From positions 10,974,001 through 11,038,000 of the forward strand of contig OZ024747.1 in assembly GCA_964016885.1 (NCBI GenBank): a DNA stretch of 64,000 bases. The letters are read 5' to 3'. Under the pieces are notes generated by a model. It saw nothing but the letters and a program-made list of their open reading frames with translations, had not been told where the DNA came from and did not search any database. Within the stretch, counting starts at the first letter, position 1, and each line of letters opens with the position of its first letter. Positions 43,197 to 59,030 of the stretch are shown in pieces. Made by a program: the position numbers and the translations under genes. The stretch is from Eledone cirrhosa. Its lineage: Eukaryota.

Positions 43197-43756
43197 AGAT
43201 AAATCTACCAAGAGTTTACGGTAGTGTCCAATCCGTATGAAGAACTCAATGTATTCCGGATATCATGGAAAGAAGAGATGTAATGAAAAATCACTTTCGG
43301 TGAAAGATAAACGGAATACAGAGTCAAGATAAAATATTAAACAAATAATGAATAAAACAATGAAACAGTTCCTTATATTAAACAAAAAAAGTTCATTATT
43401 TAACGATCGTTTCTAGGATATATATGTGTTAGAATTGGCATGCATATTCAACAGATCTATGTACAAAATTATACAAAATTATACAAACTATCAAGATTAA
43501 ATATACATACCAAACACACATATATGCCGTCTTCAGAAATAATTATTTCTGAAGACGGCATATATGTGTGTTTGGTATGTATATTTAATCTTGATAGTTT
43601 GTATAATTTTGTATAATTTTGTACATAGATCTGTTGAATATGCATGCCAATTCTAACACATATATATCCTAGAAACGATCGTTAAATAATGAACTTTTTT
43701 TGTTTAATATAAGGAACTGTTTCATTGTTTTATTCATTATTTGTTTAATATTTTAT
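43196..43756. mobile_element. Fold-back element with 428-bp loopless palindrome (43329-43756)
   Basis: 214-bp arms centred on 43542/43543, no mismatch seen; tail 43196-43328; (TA)n flanks. Confidence 0.9.
43542..43690 (+). ncRNA. Type I hammerhead with 116-nt helix II (mirror copy on the minus strand at 43395-43543)
   Basis: ATTATTT-CTGAAGA-[rod]-GAAAC-GATC-GTT-AAATAAT; 7-bp helix I and palindromic helix III. Confidence 0.75.
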
Positions 43757-43819
43757 ATATATATATATATATATGCGTGTGTATATATGTATGTATATAT
43801 AACGCGAAGTATTCATAAG

Positions 43820-44001
43820 ATAACTGTTTCAACGTTTGGCAAAAGGCCAGCAATTACCCAGTGCATTACTGGTACTTTATTTTATCGACCCCGTAAGGAT
43901 GAAAGGCAAAGTTAACCTCGGCGGGATTTGAACTCAGAATGGCAAGGGCCGTAACTCTATGCGTCAAAGCATGGCGTCCGACCCTCTACCAATACTGCCA
44001 A
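43820..44001 (-). mobile_element. tRNA-derived SINE
   Basis: Family match; aagataac duplicated on both sides. Confidence 0.85.
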
Positions 44002-44047
44002 GATAACGACAGAAAATTATGTAAAATTTATTGGAACTTTATCTTTC

Positions 44048-44827
44048 TACAAGGCTTGGCTGAAAAGTTCAAAGGCTGATAATGAAGGAGTGATGCTAGA
44101 GCTGTAAAATCTAGTATTTATTATTTTCAACTCTTCTTATTAATAACTACATCGTTTCTTTCCAGGGACTAATTTGAAAAATGTATCTCATTTGGTCATT
44201 ACATGAGAGTATCTTGGTCAGCCTATGAACCTTTCAGTTTATGAACCACTCTTCAGCCTATGAACTCTTCAGCCTATGAACACTTCAATCTATGAACTAT
44301 TAGCCTATGAATTCTTCAACCTATGAACTATCAGCCTATGAATTCTTCAGCCTATGAACTGTTTCAGCCTATGAACTCTTCAGCCTATGAACTCTTCAGC
44401 CTATGAACACTTCAACCTATGAACTATCAGCCTATGAACTCTTCAGGCTATGAACTCTTCAACCTATGAACTCTTCAGCCTATGAACTCTTCAGCCTATG
44501 AACACTTCAACCTATGAACTATTCAGCCTATGAATTCTTCAGCCTATGAACTGTTTCAGCCTATGAACTCTTCAGCCTATGAACACTTCAACCTATGAAC
44601 TATCAGCCTATGAACTCTTCAGGCTATGAACTCTTCAGCCTATGAACTCTTCAGCTTATGAACTCTTCAGCCTATGAACACTTCAACCTATGAACTATCA
44701 GCCTATGAACTGTTTCAGCCTATGAACTCTTCAGGCTATGAACTCTTCAGCCTATGAACTCTTCAGCCTATGAACACTTCAACCTATGAACTATTCAGCC
44801 TATGAACTGTTTCCGCCAACTATCCTA
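44048..44827. mobile_element. Mariner-like MITE whose right TIR has expanded into a 16-bp minisatellite (44219-44812)
   Basis: Left end tacaaggcttggctgaaaagttcaaaggctga; repeat unit cagcctatgaactctt is its reverse complement; array ends ttccgccaactatccta. Confidence 0.65.
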
Positions 44828-45149
44828 TGTTCTGGGTGTCAGCACTCTTACAATGAGGATCCTCAGAAACTCATAACATTTGACACTGAAGTGTTTGCTA
44901 CAATAAAATCCTCCACTAGAGATGTTAATAACCGTTGGCGTCCAACAGTGACACTCACCATAAAATGTTCGGAGCCAACAAAACAGCCTCTCCACCAGGA
45001 ATTAGGAACCTTTTTTTTTTTTTATTACCAGAGTTGAATAACAAGTAGATAAACCCCCTGGGGTGGTGCATTTGTACTAAGAAAACTAATATAATTTGAA
45101 TTACTATATTATTGCATATATATGGAATTTATACTGGATAATTCTGTGG

Positions 45150-45191
<42 letters not shown>

Positions 45192-45212
45192 TATACATAC
45201 ATATACATATAT

Positions 45213-45510
45213 AATTATGTAATAAACAACATAAGACAATTATTCCATTTACCAAAGGTTTCACGAAGACAGACATGCTCAACAGAGACGTCTGAAATCG
45301 GTCATCAGAATGAAAATTTAATATGGACGTAAGATATGAATTTAAATTTTCATTCTGATGAGCGATTTCAGACGTCTTTCTTGAGCTCGTCTGTCTTCGT
45401 GAAACCTTTGGTAAATGGAATTTACCAAAGGTTTATTACATAATTAAATAGCTCTGTAGTATACATAGAGCACTCTTCTTTCCTTTACCCTTCCTACGGA
45501 AATACCTTAT
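45213..45510. mobile_element. Fold-back element (family D) with two divergent hammerheads (45243-45315 minus; 45348-45420 plus)
   Basis: TTTCATT-CTGATGA-gcga..cagacg..cgtctg..tcgt-GAAAC-CTTTG-GTA-AATGGAA; the inverted arm carries the same motif with several substitutions. Confidence 0.8.
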
Positions 45511-45520
45511 ATATATATAG

Positions 45521-45600
<80 letters not shown>

Positions 45601-45655
45601 GAGTAAAATGACAGGAGGCCGACCTGGTGAAATTCCTTCAAAGGTTTATTATAGC

Positions 45656-45717
45656 AAACACTATGTACATTTCAGTGACTAGGTTACGTAAGATATTGGT
45701 GACATCATCAGGTGTTT
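45656..45717 (-). ncRNA. Hammerhead-like motif with weak helix II
   Basis: Minus strand AAACAC-CTGATGA-N31-GAAA-TGTACA-TA-GTGTTT; helices I and III are good but helix II pairing is not evident. Confidence 0.5.
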
Positions 45718-46211
45718 ATTGCATAATAGTTATATAATAAATGAATAGTGGTAAACACAATCCAAGAGGCTATAAGTAGAGAAAGCAGATAAAAAAACAG
45801 AGAAAATGTCAAGGAAACATGAAAGGAACGAACTAGAGGATGCAATAACAAAATGTATTAGTTTCACGCTTGGAGAAAGAGTTACATAACCAACGTATCG
45901 GACATTTGCCTTTCATCAGAAGTAACACAAAACAAGGATTCCATGTGTATCCAATGATGTAGACCAGTTCTTCTATTTGGGCAAATGACGCATTCGATGT
46001 TCAGAGGCAGGGATTGGCCCCGTGCACAGCCTTTCTTCACTTAAAACAGATTCAAGCGTTGGCATTGCTTAATATGTGATATTTTTTTACGATGCAAGGT
46101 ATTGCTGGTCATAGGCAAGTCCCCAGCAGGACTAAAATGCTACGTCCGTGATGCCCATGTTTAAGTATCAAGTGATGGCATTTCTTGAAATCGAGTTGCA
46201 GCCATCATGTG

Positions 46212-46256
<45 letters not shown>

Positions 46257-46315
46257 GTGTGTGTGTGTGTGCGTGTGTGTGTGTGTGTGTATGTGTGTGT
46301 GTATATATATATGTG

Positions 46316-46377
<62 letters not shown>

Positions 46378-46427
46378 GTATGTATGTATGAATGTATATA
46401 TCTCTATATATATATATGTGTGTGTGT

Positions 46428-46488
<61 letters not shown>

Positions 46489-46587
46489 TGTGTGTGTGTG
46501 TGTGTATGTGTGTGTGTGTATATATATATAAAATGTATGTATGTATGAATGTATATATCTCTATATATATATATGTGTGTGTGTATG

Positions 46588-46678
<91 letters not shown>

Positions 46679-48899
46679 GTATGTGTGTGTGTGTGTATAT
46701 ATAATGTATGTATGTATGTATGTATATATCTCTCTATATATATATATGTGTGTGTATGCGTGATGTGACTATGGTGTATATTTATTAGTTTGTTTGTGGC
46801 GTGGCAGTGAACGACCGGGATCGCATCCAGCGGGAGTTTCTCTTATCGTTCCATCCTGCGAAGCGCCATTAAATACAACAGTGAATATAGCAGACACAAA
46901 TGATGTTTGATGATATAGCATTTTACACACAGCTGCACATACACAACAACAACATACACACACGCACACATACACAACAACAACATACACACACGCACAC
47001 ATACACAACAACAACATACACACACGCACACGTACACAACAACACGCACACGCACACACACGCACACACGCGTACATAAACGCACACAGACAAAAACATA
47101 CAGACACACACAGCCGTACACAACAACAGCCACACAAATGCATATAGACACACACACACACGTACGTACACAGACACACACAGACACACACACATACACA
47201 AACGCACACAGACACACACGTACACAGGCACACGCACGCACACAGACACACAGACAAACACGTCCACACAGACATAGAAGTAGACACACTATATACACCA
47301 CACACACACGTACAGACACATACGTACACAGACACACACACGTCCACACACACACGTCCACACAGACACACACACGTACACAGACACACTCACACACGTA
47401 CACGTCCACACACACACGTCCACACACATACACAGACACACACACACAGACACACACACACAGACACACACACACGTCCACACAGACACACACATGTACA
47501 CAGACACACACACATACGTACACAGACACACACACACTACACAGACACACACACACACGTACACACACACACACAGACACACACACACGTCCACACATAC
47601 ACACACATAGAACAAGACACTCTACACCACACACCAGTCGCTGCCTCGCTTTCGTTACGGTCACTTACATAAGCAACAGAATTATTAAGAGCGGTCATAC
47701 CCACAGTCCAAGACCACACTCTCTCTCTCTCTCTCTCACTCTCTCTCTCTCTCTCGCTCTCACACACACACACTCTCTCGCTCTCTCTTACTCTCTCACA
47801 CACACACGCACTCTCTCTCTCTCACTCTGTCTCTGTCTCTCTCATTCCCACTCTCTCCTCTCTCTCTCTCTCTCACACTCTCTCTCTCTCTCTCTCTTAC
47901 TCTCACACACACACACGCTATCTCTCTCACTGTCTCTGTCTCTCTCTCATTCACTCTCTCTCTCCTCCCTCCCTCTCTGTCTATCTATCTATCTATCTAT
48001 ATATCTTAGGCTCCCTCACAATCAGACACGCACTGCCCGACCCCCTCTCTGTATATACATATATATATGAACATATATATTTCTTTACATTTTGTGCTCT
48101 CCTCTCTCTCTCTCTCCTCTGTCCCTCCATATTTCTCCTCTCCCCCTCTCCCCCCCTCTCTCTCTCTCCCATTCTCTCTCTCTCTCTCTCTCTGTCCCTT
48201 TATCTCTCTCTCTCTCACTCTCCTCCCCCCCCTCACACTCTGTCCCTTTATCTCTCTCTCTCTCACTCTCCTCCCCCCCTCACTCTCTGTCCCTTTATCT
48301 CTCTCTCTCCTCCCCCCTCACACTCTGTCCCTTTATCTCTCTCTCTCTCTTCACTCTCCTCCCCCCTCACTCTCTGTCCCTTTATCTCTCTCTCTCTCCC
48401 CTCCTCACACTCTGTCCCTTTATCTCTCTCTCTCTCTTCACTATCCCCCCCCTCACTCTCTGTCCCTTTATCTCTCTCTCTCTCTCCTCCCCCTCACTCT
48501 CTGTCTCTTTATCTCTCTCTCTCTCACTCTCCTCCCCCCTCATTGTCTGTCCCTTTATCTCTCTCTCTCTCACCCCCCCTCACTTTCTGTCCCTTTATCT
48601 CTCTCTCTCTCTCTCTCTCTCACCCCCCCCCTCACTCTCTGTCCCTTTATCTTACACACTCACACACTCTTTCTCTCGACCCCGATCTCCACGACAGAAG
48701 CTCATGTAAAATACATGGAGTCTCTTTGAGCGGTGGATTCAAGCATCATTAATAAATTAACGACCCCATTGATGTATTGTGAAGTACGACTTTGTTCAAA
48801 CAATATTTCTGTCTGCCCTCTACATATCGGCTGATGGCTGATTGCTGCTGAGTCGGGAGTATTAGCGGCGGCGGGGCGGCCACGCGCCCAAATCTATAA

Positions 48900-50542
<1,643 letters not shown>

Positions 50543-50544
<2 letters not shown>

Positions 50545-50795
50545 GCGGCGATGAATTAGTTTTGCGAGGTTTTTTATATGAAATCGTGTGTCGAAACAGA
50601 TATTGTTATATTTGGGGAGGGTCATATTTGCGTAATATTGCCAGAATTAATAACAGAACACACTCACTGTTTGGTTGGTTTTCGCTTCTCGCTGTCTTAT
50701 ATATATATATCTGCGATCTAACTTACTCGGTCCTCAATGTTGCCATTGACTGACCGGCGGTCAAAAATAATACAGATACAATATAGACAAACACA
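50543..50795 (+). mobile_element. Family G repeat with atypical hammerhead-like motif
   Basis: CGGCGATGA...GAAAC-AGATATT-GTT; copies at 52426-52650 and 25420-25612. Confidence 0.6.
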
Positions 50796-51366
50796 TATAT
50801 ATATAGTTTACATAAATCTTTCGTTGCACATCTGCAACATCGTCAGTGGTGTTATATTCATTGTTCCTCCTGTTGTGTTGTATGTCTACGCCATTTTTTT
50901 TTTTTTTTGTTCATATATATATAATCATACACTATTCATACTTGTACTTATCAGTGGCGTGTGTTCGTGTACGTGTGCTGCCGGCTTGTGGGTTTACTTT
51001 TAAGTGAAGCCGAGGAGAGCTGGGACTGTCATGGCGTCGGATTAAAAGACTTCATAGCATTTATTTCGACACTGCTTCAAATCTTGGTTCCATTGTTTCT
51101 GACCTCCATGTTGGCCTTCAGTATTTGGTCTCCGGTGGTTAGCAGCAGTATTGCTGTAGTACTGTATCGGACATGCCTTCTGGTATCTCTTGCGATCTTC
51201 CGCCATATTGTCTTCTATGACATTGAAAGCGGTGGCTTGCACACACGTATCTCTGCATCTCTGCATCACTGTCGACCTTTCCTCCGAAATGACATAAAGA
51301 ACGCCGCTACTCGTGTGAGTGTGTGTGTGCGCGTGTGTGTGTGTGTAATCATATGTATGTATACGA

Positions 51367-51514
51367 CAGGTATGGGCAACTTGTTCCGAGCAGTGGGCCA
51401 CCACGTGGTGGGCCGCATTACTAAAAACTTCGAGGTAATTTGGAAATTAAGCGTGCCATTCATAAAGCCAAAAGAGTCGTATGCGGTTCGCGGGCCGCAG
51501 TTTGCCCATGACTG
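51367..51514. mobile_element. hAT-type MITE
   Basis: Imperfect TIRs caggtatgggcaac / gtttgcccatgactg; internal cgcgggccgc typical of hAT subterminal motifs. Confidence 0.6.
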
Positions 51515-51725
51515 GTTTATAGTGCTAAATGAGCTCACATGTATGCGCGTATATACACACACGCGCATGCGCCCACGCACGCATTTGTGAACTCTGCTTC
51601 GGTATTGAGTACTCATTCTCACACCCATCAACATCACATGGGTGTCTATATATATATAAACATTAGTGAAAGTAGAAGATCTACTGCGAGCTCCGTGGTT
51701 TCGACTACTCTCAATATATAAATAA

Positions 51726-51767
<42 letters not shown>

Positions 51768-51954
51768 TCACACAATTAAGCAAAAAAGAAGACACCTTAA
51801 ATGAATTTCATTGCACATAACAATTGTATCAATATCGATCAGCTCGGGGTTCGATCATAATCTACGGGGCCCGACTCTGTGCCGACATCTCATCAGATAT
51901 GCGTTCATAGGCACATTCTGACGAACCGCCTGTAACTATAATAACACACATTTC

Positions 51955-52078
<124 letters not shown>

Positions 52079-52647
52079 TAATAAGGGTGACGCGCGTTTC
52101 GCAATTGATTAGCTCAGGGCTTGACTTGTATGGATCGGGCCCCACTTTGAAATCGATGGTGAATCAACAGCAACATAAGGTCATGATCCATTAAACTCTA
52201 TATATATACATATATATATATATAAATATGAAAAACCACAAAGCGTCCATCTCAATTCTACTTTTGAAAAGCATAAGAACTGAGAAACTGGTAAAGGAAA
52301 CAAATAAATATTCTTAAAATGACTCCAGTTGCATTTTCGATTTCATCTTTTTTTTCGATTTCATCTTTTTTCCTTATACTTTCACTCGTGTAGGACATCT
52401 CGTTTTTTTTTCATTTATAAAAACAATTGTTATACTTGGGGAGGGTCATATCTGTGTAATATTGCCAGAATTAATAACAGAACACACTCACTGTTTGGTT
52501 GGTTTTCGCTTTTCGCTTCTGTGTCTTTCATATCGGTAATCTAATTTATTCGGTCCTCAATGTCGCCATTGACTGACCAAGTATAACAATATTTGTTTCG
52601 ACACACGATTTCATATAAAAAACCTCGCAAAACTAACTCATCGCCGT

Positions 52648-52694
<47 letters not shown>

Positions 52695-52974
52695 TGGTTA
52701 AGAGAGTGGGACTGGCTTTGTGCAGTGCCTTTGCTCACTATAAAAGCTTCACGGCACAGGCATTGCTTTATATCTGGAGATCTCTCTGTACTTGTCGTCA
52801 CATGGTACCATGGGCCCAGCACTATGTGTCAGTAATTGTCACAAGTGTAGTGTTTGTACCAGAGTTTTCAAGTCGCTGGCTGGACTAAAAAGTGACACTC
52901 GTTCAGCGCATCGGTAGGGGTTCTCCTACATGGATATAAAGTAGTGGCCGTACTCGAAAACGAGTTGGCAGCCA

Positions 52975-53028
<54 letters not shown>

Positions 53029-53029
53029 A

Positions 53030-53089
<60 letters not shown>

Positions 53090-53579
53090 TTCATTTATTT
53101 TGTTTGACCCGTTTACCTTGATTCGTTTTTTCGGCTTAAGTGGTTCATAGCTTCTTCACCGCATTCTCAGTTTGTATGGCCTTTATAACCTGTGTTTATT
53201 GCTCTGGTCTCCTTTGGTCCATGGACCGCTTGCCACCATGACTCGGAATTTGCGTTGCGTTTCACTTATTTCTACCCGCCGAAATGCGATTCTCGCTGAA
53301 TTTATATTTGTGTATATATATATTGAAAGGATAATAAGGACGATTGGTTACTCCTTCATTACGTTTATTGGTAGGTGACGCGCGTTTCGCCACTGATCAG
53401 CTCAAGGTTCGATCTGTATCGATCGAGCAAAGATAAAAGGAGAGGAAGGAGAAAAGGAGAGCAAGTAGAGCAATGAGAAGAGGTGAGCAAGGAGAAAAGG
53501 AGAGCAATGAGAGCAAGGAGAGGTTATTGCAAATATTGCTCAAGTTATGCTGGAGGCAGACACAGGTGAAGAAGAGGAA

Positions 53580-54786
53580 GAAAAAAATCAACTGAAGAGG
53601 TAGATTCTGCACCAAAATGACTTTTCTCCCTTTACAAACATCGAGTTTTCGTCTTTTGTAACTCCTGGGTACAAAAACTTTCTTCGCGAGATTTGCTATC
53701 AGCACCGATTTGCTCGACAAAGACCCTTCAAGAAGGAAAGATGATCCTGGTTAGAAAAATTGGACTTGAAAAACTTGAGAAGACAGTTGTTGTGAATGAT
53801 GTTGCAGAAAGAGGAGTCAAACCCATTCAGCATTACAATAACATTCTCACAAAAGCTGAAACTGAGAAACACTTTGTTTTACAGATCGTTACCGAAAACC
53901 GTAAAACATCTCCAACTGCCACTAAATCCTCTCTTATGCAAAAAATAATTCTTTCTACTTTTGGCACAAGGCCAGCAATTTCCCAGTGCATTACTGGTAC
54001 TTTATTTTATCGACCCTGGTAAGGATGAAAGGCAAAGTTAACCTCGGCGGGATTTGAACTCAGAATGGCAAGGGCCGTAACTCTATGTGTCAAAGCATGG
54101 CGTCCGACCCTCTACCGATACTGCCAATCCACAATAATTGTTTCTACTTTAGGCACAAGGCCAGCAAATTAACCAGTGTATTACTGGTACTTTATTTTAT
54201 CGACTCCGTAAGGATGAAAGGCAAAGTCAACCTCGGCGGGATTTGAACTCAGATGGTAAAGGGACGTAACTATGCTGGAAAGCATGGCGTCCGACCCTCT
54301 ACCGATACTGCCAATCCACCACAATAATGTTCAATATTCAGTGTTCAGTGTTCACATTATGTTTTTGATTCTATAGTAATTATTGTTGTAAATAAAAATG
54401 CTTTTCCCTTATAGAAGTTGTGTGCTTTATTAAGGAAACCTAATATTTCTTAAGTGTTTTATGTTATTTCAGGAATTTTTCAAATTAACTATTGGTAAAT
54501 TTGATTCAGAACGTTTTTAAACATTTGCTGGGGTTGTCTGGATAAATTTCTCCACATAAATTTCTCTAAGAAAAACGTAAAATGGTCGAGATAGGGAACT
54601 GCTTTTGAACAGAATTAATCATTGTGTATACTATGTTCCAACTTCAAGGAATTTGAGGGTCGCCTAACAGTTGTCCGATTGAGCTGACATTTTTCACACC
54701 ACATGTTTCTGTTGATTGAAACAGGATTAGGGGTCGGAGCAAAATTTTATCCTTCGGAAAATTACCTATTGCTAAGGGACACCCTA

Positions 54787-54788
<2 letters not shown>
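53580..54788 (+). mobile_element. 3' part of a decayed hAT-like (hATm-type) DNA transposon, interrupted by two SINEs
   Basis: FF..F.I.TDLLDKDP...VVNDVAERGVK..YNNILTK...LQIV..NRK transposase-like C-terminus with frameshift and stop; probable terminus gggacacccta at about 54788. Confidence 0.55.
53945..54321 (-). mobile_element. Two tandem full-length tRNA-derived SINEs
   Basis: Copies at 53945-54132 and 54133-54321. Confidence 0.9.
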
Positions 54789-54822
<34 letters not shown>

Positions 54823-55393
54823 TTTGTATATATGACAGTAACAACAATATCAACAACATCATCAACACCAACAACAACAACAATATCAACAACAATAATA
54901 TCAACAACAGCAACAATACCATCATCATCATCATCATCGGCAGCAGCAACATCAACAACGACAACAACAACAACGACAACGACAACAACAACACCAACAA
55001 CAACAACAACAACATTAACAACGACAATAACAACAAAGACAACAACGACAACAACAACACCAACAACAACAACAACACCAACAACAACAACGACAACACC
55101 AACAACGACAACAACAACACCAACAACAACAATAACAACAACAAAGACAAGATGGAATGTGATGGAGGTGGAAGTGAAGATCAATATGTGTCTGTAATCG
55201 GATTAAAGATTTTGTGGTAAACTGGATTAAGAGTTCAGTGGAGAATTGAACCTAGTCGTTCTCCTTGTAATTAAGGAATTTCACACAAATCTAAAGATAA
55301 TTAAGGCTTTAATTAATTATATAGAAGAAATGTGAACTACTTCATCACCAGATAATATATATAGATATATACATAGTTATATATAGCTATATG

Positions 55394-55493
<100 letters not shown>

Positions 55494-55558
55494 GCCCCAC
55501 GACACTCTCAGGAATACGTGGGCGAAAAAGAAGAGAAGAGATGAAGATATATATATGT

Positions 55559-55623
<65 letters not shown>

Positions 55624-55687
55624 TTATATATATATATATGTAAATATATATATATGTATACATATATATATATATACACACACACAC

Positions 55688-55724
<37 letters not shown>

Positions 55725-55761
55725 TGTGTGTGTATATATATGTATACATATATATATATAC

Positions 55762-55835
<74 letters not shown>

Positions 55836-55861
55836 ATATATATATATGTATACATATATAA

Positions 55862-55898
<37 letters not shown>

Positions 55899-55998
55899 TA
55901 CAGATAGATAGGTAGATAGATATATATATATTAAAGGTTAATTAGTCTCTAATACCCGTCTTGTTTATACTCCCAGAATTAGAGGTTTTCCTCATTTA

Positions 55999-56091
<93 letters not shown>

Positions 56092-56214
56092 ATACATACA
56101 TACAAATACACAGACACATAAATACATATCCACCCTCAAACGTAGGCTGTATAAATATTTTGTTTCTATGTTGTCAAGTAATACTGTATAAGACTTTGTG
56201 GTATTACGTACGAT

Positions 56215-56580
56215 AAGGGATTGGCAAAGTCGGTAGAGCATCGGACAAAGGATTAACAGTATTTCTTCCTGTGTTCAAATCTCACCTTGGTCACCTTTAC
56301 ATTTCAGCCAGCAGAGATCGATAAATTACCAATCAACAATTGTGTCGGTGTAATCGATTTCTTTTCCTCACCCCAAAGTTGCTGGTCTTGTGCCAACATT
56401 GAAACCATTAATTATGAGGAATGGAATGGCAGAATCGGTAGAACGTCAAACAAAGTGCTTTACTGCATTTAGTTACAGCCCTTTGTATTCTGAGTTCAAA
56501 TCGCACTGAGATTAACTTTGCCTTTCGTCCTTCTAAGATAAATAAAATAAAGTAACAATCAAATACCGGTGTTTGGATTT
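56215..56580 (+). mobile_element. Two older, diverged SINE copies
   Basis: A-box-like TGGCAAAGTCGG/TGGCAGAATCGG, B-box-like GTTCAAATC and decayed family body. Confidence 0.6.
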
Positions 56581-57948
56581 AGACCTTGGGGGCCCCGAGG
56601 CATTTCCGGTTTGGGGGCCCCCCAAAAATTAGAATACACAGCACCCCAACACCACCACCACCACCAATTTTACATATCAAAGTTAGCTTGGCGCAAGTAA
56701 TTTGAATTAAAAAGTTATATATACAGATATTAAATTTAAAAATTCTAACTATCCTAAAACTAAAAATCCCAACTAAGGGCAGAAATAAATTGCTACGGTT
56801 GTCGCTGGTGGAGCTCCTCGCTGCAGGGGCCTGGGGCAATTGCCCCCTTTTGCCCCCTATTAACTCCGGCCCTGCTGGTGTCAGTATAATTGACTTTCCC
56901 TTTCCTTCAAACTTGCTGGTCTTGTCTCAGAATGAGAACCCAGTATTATCTACACTAAACTTTGGTTCCATATTACTTTTATATGACGTCACTTAGATTC
57001 AAACAACGACTGGTATGAGTCGAGAATAATTTGTAATCTCTCAAAGATGGAATAAGTTTACAAGAAGATAAAATGGCAACAAATTTAAATAATAATTTAT
57101 CATTTCCCACCGAGAAAAATTAACTAGAGTTGGAATAATTTTATTTTTTAAATGCATTTTCTTTAAACAACTACGATTTCATGACCATGTTATAGTTTTA
57201 AATAGCGCTTCTTCCATTTTCATTCGTCACACGATAGATCGCCTGGCAGACGATAGATCGTTTAGCTGACGTGCTTTCTGTGTTTGATTAAGAAGCCGAG
57301 AAGAGAAGTCAGGTCCCCATCAACTAAAATGCTCACTCTCTATTTCTCTCAATTTCTTTGTCTCTTTCACTCTTTCTATCTTTTCCTGTCTTTATTTATT
57401 TATTTCTCCCCCCCCCCCTTTCTTTGTATGTGTTTGTATGCGCTTGTGTGTATATGCGTACATGTATCTGTGTGTCTGTGCGTGTGTGTATGTGTGCGGT
57501 GTGCGGTGTGCGTGTGAAGACGAAGCAGCGTCCTTTAATGAATTAAGCAAACGTGTTTGAAAAGCTTAAATCATCGTAACACATCGCAGATAGGAAGCGA
57601 AGATGGCGGGCGACATAGTAACGTTTTTTTTTTTTTTGCGAAGCGATTCAGAAGAGTCGGAGGTCAGTTGTAACTAGTGTCAAAGTATTGAGAGATAGAG
57701 AAAGAGGGAGTGAGAGGGGGAGAGAGAGGAGGGAGGTAAGAGAGAGCAAATGAGAGAGAGATAGAGAGAAAGAGAAGAGTAAGAGAGAGATAGAGAGAGA
57801 CATATAGAGTGTGAGAAGAGAGATAGGGAGTGAGAGAGATATATAGGGAGGCAGATATATATAGTGAGAGAGAGAGCGAGAGAGAGAGAAAGAGAGAGTG
57901 AGAGAGAGACATAGAGTGAGAGAGAAGGAGAGAGAGAGAAAGACATAG

Positions 57949-57986
<38 letters not shown>

Positions 57987-58103
57987 AGAGAGAAAGAGAG
58001 TGAGAGAGAGAGCGAAAGAGAGAGACATAGAGTGAGAAAGAAAGAGAGAGAGAGAGACATAGAGTGTGTGTGAGAGAGAGAGAGAATTAGAGAGAGACAT
58101 AGA

Positions 58104-58159
<56 letters not shown>

Positions 58160-58210
58160 GATAGTTAGAGAGAGACATAGAGTGTGTGTGTGAGAGAGAG
58201 AGAGAGACAT

Positions 58211-58241
<31 letters not shown>

Positions 58242-58648
58242 TACAAACAAATATATTCAGTATTGTCTAGATCTCGTCGTTGTCTTCAAATGTAGTAAAT
58301 AGTTGTTTCATTAGTAAGTGACGCCAAAAAACATCTGGTCATAAATCATATCAGTGCCGTAGTAGTTGATGTTGTTGTTGTTCTGGTGGTAGTAGTTGTT
58401 ATAGTTGTTGTAGTAGTAGTTGTTTTTGTTCTGGTGCTGGTTGTTGTTGTTCTGGTAGTTGTTGTAGTTGTTGTTCTAGCGGTTGTTGTTGTTGTTGTTG
58501 TTATGTTATTATTTCACTGAAAAAGCTGAAGAAACCGAAATTTGATGTAAATGCATATATGTATGCCATATAAATATATATATATATATATACACACACA
58601 TAAATCTATGTATATATATATATATACATATAAATCTATGTGCATATG

Positions 58649-58698
<50 letters not shown>

Positions 58699-58884
58699 GT
58701 ATATAGATACACCCACACACATATATGTGTGGGTATGTATGTATCTATATATCTATACATACATACATACATACATACATACATACATACATACATACAT
58801 ACATACATACATACATACATACATACATACATACATGTTTAACAAATGTCGGTTTCTTCAGTGAAATAATAAAGTAAAATTTGA

Positions 58885-59030
58885 CTGAGTGATTAAGGAG
58901 TTGGTTTCATAACCACTGGGTCCTGAGATCATTCCAGTTGCGTGACATCTTGGACAGGTCTCTTATAATATAGCTTTGGGTTGACCAATACCTTGTGAGT
59001 GGAAGTTGGTAGACTGAAACAACAGTAGCC
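58885..59030 (+). mobile_element. Older SINE of another family
   Basis: Homologous to 29490-29600 (cgtgacatcttgg..tatagc..ttgacca..ctt.tgagtg). Confidence 0.5.
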
